Shown one piece after another: positions 57,603-64,000 of a DNA stretch of 64,000 nucleotides. The notes beneath the pieces are model-generated. The model was not told the DNA's origin. It saw nothing but the letters and a program-made list of their open reading frames with translations, and searched no databases. The DNA is from Pseudolabrys sp. (GTDB lineage Bacteria > Pseudomonadota > Alphaproteobacteria > Rhizobiales > Xanthobacteraceae). How positions within the stretch are numbered: position 1 is the stretch's first letter; each line of letters opens with the position of its first letter. Made by a program: the position numbers and the translations under genes. The stretch lies in the NCBI GenBank assembly GCA_029255525.1, contig JANLJK010000200.1, forward strand, positions 67-64,066. Reading direction: 5' to 3'.

Positions 57603-58952
57603 TCAGTGCTTGACCGCGCCGCTGCCGGTCTCGCGGCGCTTGCCGCCGCCAATGCTGCCATTGTGCGACAGCAGGAAGTCGGAAATGCGCGGGGCGATCT
57701 CGGAGCGGAAGCGCGAGCCGTTGAACACGCCGTAATGGCCGACGGCTGGCTGCACGTAATGCGCCCGCATGTCGTCCGTCAGGTTGGCGCAGAGATCGTG
57801 GGCCGCCTTGGTCTGGCCGACGGCGGAAATGTCGTCGTTCTCGCCCTCGACCGTCATCAAAGCCGTGCGCGTGATCGCGCCCGGATCGATACGCCGGCCG
57901 CGATGCGTCATCTCGCCCTTTGGCAAGGCATGGCGGATGAACACCGTATCAACGGTCTGCAGATAGAACTCGGCCGACAGATCCATGACCGCGAGATACT
58001 CGTCGTAGAACTCGCGGTGCTTCTGCGCGGAATCGCCGTCGCCCTTCACCAGATGCGTGAACAGATTGTGGTGCGCCTCGATATGGCGATCGAGGTTCAT
58101 GCTCATGAAGCCATGCAGCTGCAAGAAGCCCGGATAGACGTCGCGCATGACGCCGGGATGCGGGAACGGCACCTTGGTGATGACGTGACTGCGGAACCAT
58201 TCCAGGTCGCGCGTGGTGGCGAGCCTGTTCACCGCCGTCGGATTAATGCGCGTGTCGATCGGCCCGCCCATCAGCACCATCGAGTAAGGCGCGTAAGGGT
58301 CGTTATCGGCGTTCATCACCGCCGCCGCAGCCATCACCGGCACCGACGGCTGGCAGACAGCGAGCATGTGCGTCTCGCCGCCCAGCATGTGCAGCATTGA
58401 GATGAGATAATCGATGTAGTCGTCAAGATCGAAACGGCCTTCGGCCAGCGGCACAGACTGCGCATTGACCCAGTCGGTGATGTAGACGTCGTGGTTGGGC
58501 AGGAAGGCTTCGACCGTACCGCGCAGCAGCGTGGCATAGTGGCCGGACATCGGCGCCACGATCAGAAGCTTCGGCTGCGGACGGCGCGGCGCGCGCGCAA
58601 AGACCCGTTCGAAATGCAGAAGCCGGCAAAAAGGGCGCTCCCACACCGTGGTGATGCGCACCGGCACGCGCTCGCCGCCGACAACGGTGTCTTCGATCAT
58701 CCATTCCGGACGGCCGTAGCGGCGCGTCGAGCGTTCGAACAATTCGGCCGCGGCGGCCATCGACTTGCCGTAAGTCGTGTGCGACAGCGGATTGGCCGGA
58801 TTCTTGTAGAAGAGCTTGGTCGCATCGGCGAGGGCGCGCGCGGGATTGAGCGCGGCGTGGCCCATCTCGTAGAGCCAGTACATCGGAGTTGCGAGCAGCC
58901 CACTGCTGTCGCCCGGGAGCGTCGCCGCCCCGTCGAATTCACCAATCGCCAT
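57603..58952 (-). CDS. phaZ: Intracellular polyhydroxyalkanoate depolymerase
   Basis: APMSGHYATLLR, AVCQP, EGENDDIS, GHYGVF. Confidence 0.92.
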   Translation of the reverse strand: MAIGEFDGAATLPGDSSGLLATPMYWLYEMGHAALNPARALADATKLFYKNPANPLSHTTYGKSMAAAAELFERSTRRYGRPEWMIEDTVVGGERVPVRITTVWERPFCRLLHFERVFARAPRRPQPKLLIVAPMSGHYATLLRGTVEAFLPNHDVYITDWVNAQSVPLAEGRFDLDDYIDYLISMLHMLGGETHMLAVCQPSVPVMAAAAVMNADNDPYAPYSMVLMGGPIDTRINPTAVNRLATTRDLEWFRSHVITKVPFPHPGVMRDVYPGFLQLHGFMSMNLDRHIEAHHNLFTHLVKGDGDSAQKHREFYDEYLAVMDLSAEFYLQTVDTVFIRHALPKGEMTHRGRRIDPGAITRTALMTVEGENDDISAVGQTKAAHDLCANLTDDMRAHYVQPAVGHYGVFNGSRFRSEIAPRISDFLLSHNGSIGGGKRRETGSGAVKH

Positions 58953-58974
58953 TGCTTCAGGCCCCGGCCTTTTT

Positions 58975-58986
58975 TGCACTGCGGCA
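58975..58986. promoter_or_regulatory. Candidate PhaR box upstream of phaZ
   Basis: TGCACTGCGGCA, a TGC-N3-GC(A/G)-type site about 23 bp upstream of ATG 58952. Confidence 0.4.
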
Positions 58987-59094
58987 CCCTGTCGCGTTTC
59001 TGTCACACGGTCAACATAGAGATAAGTCCTTGGTATCGGGTTTACAACGCCGGACGGGCCCGATAAGCCACCGAAAATAAAGGGATTTTTAGCC

Positions 59095-59907
59095 CTATTC
59101 GCCGGTCTGGAGCAGCGAGCCTTGCTCCCGCGCGCTCTGTAAAAGCCGCATGAAAGCGAATGACGCGGCCGCGAACAGGACGGTATTGAAGGCGAAGGCC
59201 TCCAGCATCAGATCAGCCCGGAAAACGTGGTCGATCAGCAGCGCGCGCATGCCCTCGAACACGTAAGTCGGCGGCAGCGCCCAGGCGACGTATTGCAGCC
59301 AATACGGCAGGACCGCCACCGGATAATAGACACAGGTGAGCGGCAGAAACAAAAACATGATGGTCCAAGCGAGGCTCTCCGCGCCCATGCCGTTGCGCAG
59401 CAACAGGCCGGACACGAAGATGCCGATCGACCAACTCGTCAGGATCAGATTGACGAAGAAGGCCGCCAGCGCGAAGCCGAGCGCCCATAGATTGAAATCG
59501 AAGAAGAAGATCGCGAGCACTGTCACCGGCACCATGCCGATCGACAGCCGTACGATGCTCATGATCATCAACGACACGATGAACTCGACCGGACGCAACG
59601 GCGACATCATGATGTTGCCGAGGTTGCGCGCATACATCTCTTCCAGGAACGAGATCGAGAAGCCGAGCTGGCCGCGGAAGAGAATGTCCCACAGCAGCAC
59701 GGCACCGATGAAGGCACCGCCGGTGCGCGCGAAGAAGCTGTCGTTCTGCGAAACGTAAAGCTGCAGGAAGCCCCACATCAGCATCTGCACCGTCGGCCAA
59801 TAGATCAGATCGAGGATGCGTGGCCATGACGAGCGCAGGAGGTACCAATAGCGCCGAACCAGCGCCGCGACGCGGGTGAGGGAGAAGGATGCGATAGCTG
59901 TCGTCAT
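59095..59907 (-). CDS. ABC-2 type transporter permease
   Basis: About 6 TM segments, EEMYARN....SPL, VYYPV..LP.W, LPPTY. Confidence 0.9.
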   Translation of the reverse strand: MTTAIASFSLTRVAALVRRYWYLLRSSWPRILDLIYWPTVQMLMWGFLQLYVSQNDSFFARTGGAFIGAVLLWDILFRGQLGFSISFLEEMYARNLGNIMMSPLRPVEFIVSLMIMSIVRLSIGMVPVTVLAIFFFDFNLWALGFALAAFFVNLILTSWSIGIFVSGLLLRNGMGAESLAWTIMFLFLPLTCVYYPVAVLPYWLQYVAWALPPTYVFEGMRALLIDHVFRADLMLEAFAFNTVLFAAASFAFMRLLQSAREQGSLLQTGE

Positions 59908-59924
59908 GGCACCCACCTCTCGTC

Positions 59925-60034
59925 GTCATGCCGGGCCGGCCCGAAGGGCCGGGCCCGGAATCCATACGCCGCAGCGTTAGCGTTGAGAATTATGGATTCC
60001 GGGTTCGCGGGCTGCGCCCGCGCCCCGGCATGAC
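59925..60034. repeat. REP-like element between ABC ATPase and permease genes
   Basis: GTCATGCCGGG...CCCGGAATCCAT / ATGGATTCCGGG...CCCGGCATGAC. Confidence 0.85.
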
Positions 60035-60043
60035 AAAGAGAAC

Positions 60044-60799
60044 TCATCGCGCCGCCTCCCGATTGCGGCCGCGCGCAACGTCGAGGAACACGTCTTCCAA
60101 AGTCTCGCGGCCGTAGCGCGCCAGGAGACGGTCCGGCGTGTCGTCGTCCTCGATCTTGCCCTTCTTCATGATAATGACACGCTCGCACAGCCTTTCGACC
60201 TCCAGCATGTTGTGCGAGGCGAGCAAGATGGTCGCGCCACAGGTCGCGCGGAAGCGCTCGAGCCGCCCGCGCACCCAATCCGCCGTGTCGGGATCAAGCG
60301 AGGCCGTGGGCTCGTCAAGCAGCAGCACCTCGGGGCGATTGAGTAGCGATTTGGCGAGCGAGACGCGCGTCTTCTGCCCAGCCGAGAGCTTACCCGTCGG
60401 GCGGTCGAGCAGATCGACGAGATCGAGATCGGCGGCGAGTTCCCGAATGCGTTCGTCGATATCGGGCACGGCATAAAGCTGCGCGAAGACCGAGAGATTC
60501 TGCCGCACGGTCAGCCGCATCGGCAGGTCGACATAAGGGCTTTCGAAATTCATGCGATGGAGCACGTTGTAGCGCTCCTTCGGCATCTCGGCGCCCAGCA
60601 CCCGCGCGCTGCCGGATGTGGGGGTGACCAGGCCCATGATCATGGCAATCGTGGTGGTCTTGCCCGCACCATTGCCGCCCAAGAGGCCTGTGACGGAGCC
60701 GGCCGGCAACTGGAACGAGATGCCGTCAACGGCGGTGCCGGTCTTGTAGTGCTTGACCAGGCGGTCGACGGCGATGGCGGATGTGCTCTGCGCGTCCAT
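60044..60799 (-). CDS. ABC transporter ATP-binding protein
   Basis: GGNGAGKTT, LSAGQ, LLLDEP, SHN; start at ATG 60799 (the longer ORF is an antisense extension over regB). Confidence 0.92.
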   Translation of the reverse strand: MDAQSTSAIAVDRLVKHYKTGTAVDGISFQLPAGSVTGLLGGNGAGKTTTIAMIMGLVTPTSGSARVLGAEMPKERYNVLHRMNFESPYVDLPMRLTVRQNLSVFAQLYAVPDIDERIRELAADLDLVDLLDRPTGKLSAGQKTRVSLAKSLLNRPEVLLLDEPTASLDPDTADWVRGRLERFRATCGATILLASHNMLEVERLCERVIIMKKGKIEDDDTPDRLLARYGRETLEDVFLDVARGRNREAAR

Positions 60800-60847
60800 G
60801 GCCGGGAAGATGTGACGCCACGGCGCCGGAAGCGCAAGCCCCGACCG

Positions 60848-60952
60848 GTCATCCCGGACGCCGCGCAACGGTGATCTGGAATCCAGCCGCGGAAACTGAC
60901 GCAGTATCTGGATTCCGGGTTCGCGCGCTAACGCGCGCGAACCCGGAATGAC
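60848..60952. repeat. REP-like element, same family as 59925-60034
   Basis: GTCATCCCGG...GGAATCCAG / CTGGATTCCGGGTTCGCG...CCCGGAATGAC. Confidence 0.85.
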
Positions 60953-61006
60953 GAGGGTCAAAGAGTCGCGTTTGGTGCCGCGCGCATGGGCCGGTACACT
61001 GCCGCC

Positions 61007-62326
61007 ATGCCATTGCCGGATCTCGTCCACTACCACCCGCGCCGCAACGTGCGCCTCGACACCTTGGTGCGGCTGCGCTGGCTCGCCATCATCGGCCAGA
61101 CCACCGCCGTGCTGGTGGTCGATTTCGGGCTCGAGTTCGAACTGCCGCTGTGGACCTGCCTCGCGGTGATCGCGCTGTCGGCTTGGCTCAATATCGCCCT
61201 GCGGCTGCGCTTCCACATGACGCAGCGGCTGGAGCCGGACCGCGCCGCCTGGCTCTTGGCCTTCGACATTGCCGAGCTGGCGGTACTCTTGTTCCTCACC
61301 GGCGGCCTGCAGAACCCCTTCGCTTTTCTGTTCCTCGCGCCGGTGCTGCTGTCGGCGACCGCGCTGCCGCCGCGCTTCACGTTGATGCTGGGCGGCTTCG
61401 CCGTCGCCTGCGCCACCGTGCTGGTGTTCGTGCACTATCCGCTGCCGTGGGACAGCGAGGATCCGCTGCAACTGCCGCCGATTTACATGATGGGCGTCTG
61501 GCTCTCGATCCTGCTCGCCATCGGCTTCATCGGCGTCTATGCGTGGCAGATCACCGAGGAAGCACGCCAGCTCGCCGACGCGCTCGCCGCCACCGAATTG
61601 GTGCTGGCCCATGAGCAGCATCTGTCGCAGCTCGACGGCCTGGCCGCCGCCGCCGCGCATGAGCTCGGCACGCCGCTCTCGACCATTTCGGTGATCGCCA
61701 AGGAATTGGAGAACGCGATCCCCGCGCAGGCGCCGCATGGCGACGACGTACGCCTGTTGCGCGAACAGGCGACGCGCTGCCGCGACATCCTCGCCAAGCT
61801 CACCGAATTGTCGTCGGACCTGGAGCCGTTCGACCGCATGCCGCTGACCACTTTGATCGAAGAGGTCATCGCGCCGCATCGCAATTTCGGTGTCGCCATC
61901 GCCGTCAATGCGCCGGAGGACCGCAGCACCGAACCGGTGGTCTCGCGCAACCCCGCGATCCTCTACGGCCTCGGCAACCTCCTGGAGAACGCCGTCGACT
62001 TCGCGCAGGAGAGCGTCACGGTCGGCGCCAAGTGGGACGACGAGACGATCGAAGTGGTGATCAGCGATGACGGCCCCGGCTTCGCGCCGGAGATCATGGA
62101 CCGCATCGGCGAGCCTTATGTAACAACCCGCCGGCGCAAACCGAACGCCACAGACGAGGAGCCGACCGGGCTGGGCTTGGGTTTCTTCATCGCCAAGACA
62201 CTCTTGGAGCGGGCGGGCGCCAACCTGTCGCTCGCCAACCGCACGGCCCCCGAGCGCGGCGCAATCATCACAATCCGCTGGCCCCGGTCCGAATTCGAGT
62301 GGCCGCTGACTGCCGCCGCAGCTTGA
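61007..62326 (+). CDS. regB: Redox-sensing histidine kinase RegB/RegS/ActS/PrrB
   Basis: TLVRLRW, TGGLQNPF, AAAAAHELGTPL, RCRDIL, GLGLG.FIA. Confidence 0.95.
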   Translation: MPLPDLVHYHPRRNVRLDTLVRLRWLAIIGQTTAVLVVDFGLEFELPLWTCLAVIALSAWLNIALRLRFHMTQRLEPDRAAWLLAFDIAELAVLLFLTGGLQNPFAFLFLAPVLLSATALPPRFTLMLGGFAVACATVLVFVHYPLPWDSEDPLQLPPIYMMGVWLSILLAIGFIGVYAWQITEEARQLADALAATELVLAHEQHLSQLDGLAAAAAHELGTPLSTISVIAKELENAIPAQAPHGDDVRLLREQATRCRDILAKLTELSSDLEPFDRMPLTTLIEEVIAPHRNFGVAIAVNAPEDRSTEPVVSRNPAILYGLGNLLENAVDFAQESVTVGAKWDDETIEVVISDDGPGFAPEIMDRIGEPYVTTRRRKPNATDEEPTGLGLGFFIAKTLLERAGANLSLANRTAPERGAIITIRWPRSEFEWPLTAAAA

Positions 62327-62454
62327 TGGCGCGGGGAACCATCACTATTTTTTTTATGATACAGGGGTGGCTTAGCCGCTAGGATGCGCCGCCCTGAAGG
62401 GCGCGACCGTCAGAATGCAGGTATGACGCCTGCAAACATGAATGGGGTGAAAGC

Positions 62455-63033
62455 GTGAATATTGCCATCGACGACGTTGCCGTGCCGATGACAAGGGAAG
62501 CTATTCCCGGCGAGCGATCCGTCCTGATCGTTGAGGACGACCGCTCGTTCCTGCAGCGACTGGCCAAGGCGATGGAAAGCCGCGGCTTTCTGGTTGCGAC
62601 CGCGGAATCGGTGGCCGAAGGCCTGATGCAGGTCGAGCATAGCGCGCCGGCTTTCGCCGTGGTCGACATGCGGCTCGGCGACGGTAACGGGCTGGACGTG
62701 ATCTCGGCACTCAAGCGCCGTCGGCCGGAAGCGCGCGGTATTATCCTCACCGGCTACGGCAATATCGCCACCGCGGTGAATGCCGTGAAGCTCGGTGCGG
62801 TCGACTATCTCGCCAAGCCCGTGGACGCCGATGATGTCGTTGCCGCGCTCTTGGCGCAGGACAACCGCAAGATCGAGCCGCCGGAAAACCCGATGTCGGC
62901 CGATCGCGTACGCTGGGAACACATCCAACGCATCTACGAGCTGTGCGGCCGCAACGTCTCGGAGACCGCCCGCCGGCTCAATATGCACCGCCGCACCTTG
63001 CAGCGCATCCTCGCCAAAAGGGCTCCGCGCTAG
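62455..63033 (+). CDS. regA: Response regulator RegA/RegR/ActR/PrrA
   Basis: PENPMSADRVRWEHIQR, NVSETARRLNMHRRTLQRILAKR. Confidence 0.97.
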   Translation: MNIAIDDVAVPMTREAIPGERSVLIVEDDRSFLQRLAKAMESRGFLVATAESVAEGLMQVEHSAPAFAVVDMRLGDGNGLDVISALKRRRPEARGIILTGYGNIATAVNAVKLGAVDYLAKPVDADDVVAALLAQDNRKIEPPENPMSADRVRWEHIQRIYELCGRNVSETARRLNMHRRTLQRILAKRAPR

Positions 63034-63046
63034 CGGAGACCGTTAA

Positions 63047-63529
63047 ATGAAAAACGCGCGCGCCGCGCTGATGGCAAGTAATATTTGGCAAGGCCGCTGC
63101 GGCGGCCTTTTTCTCACCGCCACGCTGACGCTTTCGGCCGCGCCGGCCTTGGCCAGCGCCAATGTCGACTGCTCGATCGACGACAAGTTCATTACTTTCG
63201 AGATGGAAGCGATCGCCGGCCGCACCGGCCCGATCAACCAGGTCAATGTCGGCAGCATCACGCTCAAACCGGCCATCGGTATCAAGCTGGCGTCGCCGGA
63301 GCTGACGTTCGACCGCACGCATATCAGCCAGCAATGGCTCTATGACGGCGAGTTGAAGCTGGACATCGAGACCTACGACGAGAAGACCCACGAGTCGGTC
63401 GTGCTCATCATCCTGGCGAAGCTCGACAAGAAGACAGAAAAATTTGCCGGCACTTATGTGCTGCGCCTCGCGCGCGACCAGATGTCCAAGGAAGTCAAAG
63501 GCCGCATCAAGGAATGCCTTGCCGGCTGA
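63047..63529 (+). CDS. Exported hypothetical protein
   Basis: Signal peptide ending ALA-S; beta-rich sequence with Cys near both ends; GGAG SD; 13 bp after regA. Confidence 0.7.
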   Translation: MKNARAALMASNIWQGRCGGLFLTATLTLSAAPALASANVDCSIDDKFITFEMEAIAGRTGPINQVNVGSITLKPAIGIKLASPELTFDRTHISQQWLYDGELKLDIETYDEKTHESVVLIILAKLDKKTEKFAGTYVLRLARDQMSKEVKGRIKECLAG

Positions 63530-63532
63530 GAC

Positions 63533-64000
63533 TCAGGTGAAATCCGTATAAGGCCCCGTCGGATCGGCGAGCGATTGCAGCCGCACGGCGGCAGCGCGGG
63601 CGAACAGCAGCATCATCGCCTTGCGCGTGGCAGCAGCGAGCTTGTGCTCGGGCGCCTCGCATCTGAATTCGGCGCCGAAAGAATCCGCCACGATCAGACC
63701 TGTGTCCGGCGGGAAGATTTCACAGGGCACTTCCAGCGAGGTGGCGAAGAACAGCCGGTCGCAGTGGATCCGGTACTCCTGCCATTTCTGATCGGCGCGG
63801 AAATCGGCGATCGAGGATTTGATCTCGACGATCCAGAATTCGCCGCGAACATCGAGCGCCACCAGATCGGCGCGGCGGCCTGACGGCAGCGGCAGCTCGC
63901 TCACCACACAGAAGCCGTGCGCATGCAACAGCCGCGCGGTGCCGCGCGCGACGGCGAGCGCGGTTTCCGACTGGCGGCCGTCAACCGGCAATTCGAGTTT
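63533..64000 (-). CDS. mmcB: MmcB (DUF1052) DNA repair nuclease-like protein; 5' end probably beyond the window
   Basis: RQSETAL.VARG, ELPLPSGRRAD, EIKSS..DF..D.KW..Y..HCD. Confidence 0.88.
   Translation of the reverse strand, partial: KLELPVDGRQSETALAVARGTARLLHAHGFCVVSELPLPSGRRADLVALDVRGEFWIVEIKSSIADFRADQKWQEYRIHCDRLFFATSLEVPCEIFPPDTGLIVADSFGAEFRCEAPEHKLAAATRKAMMLLFARAAAVRLQSLADPTGPYTDFT

Noticed and set aside
969-60952. Palindromic repeats as a CRISPR array or IS ends
   Set aside because: Dispersed singly in intergenic spacers, no repeat-spacer periodicity, no cas or transposase gene
60800-61879. Apparent 611 aa ABC ATPase with a 360 aa N-terminal extension
   Set aside because: The extension is antisense to regB and reads through a REP element; ATPase motifs begin after ATG 60799
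1-64000. tRNA, rRNA, prophage or integrase genes
   Set aside because: No cloverleaf/T-loop signatures or rRNA-length gaps in intergenic regions; no phage or recombinase motifs in the ORFs

Overview
High-GC alphaproteobacterial chromosome segment (gene content and short palindromic repeats fit Rhizobiales). Left to right: (1) a minus-strand methyl-transfer block, HTH-methyltransferase fusion -> atypical metF -> at least four tandem catalytic-domain-only MetE paralogs, each separated by a REP-like palindrome (1-7.1 kb); (2) a ~26 kb aromatic catabolic region: vanA-vanR-vanB, pcaF-pcaH-pcaG, ABC binding protein, crotonase, two tandem feruloyl-CoA synthetase-like ligases, thiolase, SDR, thioesterase, MarR, TRAP transporter, two ThDP enzymes, aldehyde dehydrogenase and amidohydrolase; (3) mutS, OsmC, Zn-ADH, glnD; (4) a probable ~11 kb accessory block with a VIT1 gene and an NMP phosphorylase-PRPP synthase-beta-CASP nuclease operon, both with FixK/FNR-like boxes, plus an IclR-controlled mhp-like island; the phosphorylase is broken by TAG TAG exactly where Lys-Lys is expected; (5) PBP1A, MFS, HExxH hydrolase, phaZ, ABC-2 exporter, regB/regA and mmcB. 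No rRNA, tRNA, CRISPR array or transposase was seen. The best candidates for an undescribed system are the HTH-MTase/MetF/4xMetE-like cluster and the FixK-boxed nucleotide-recycling operon. All product calls come from motif recognition by eye; no searches were run.
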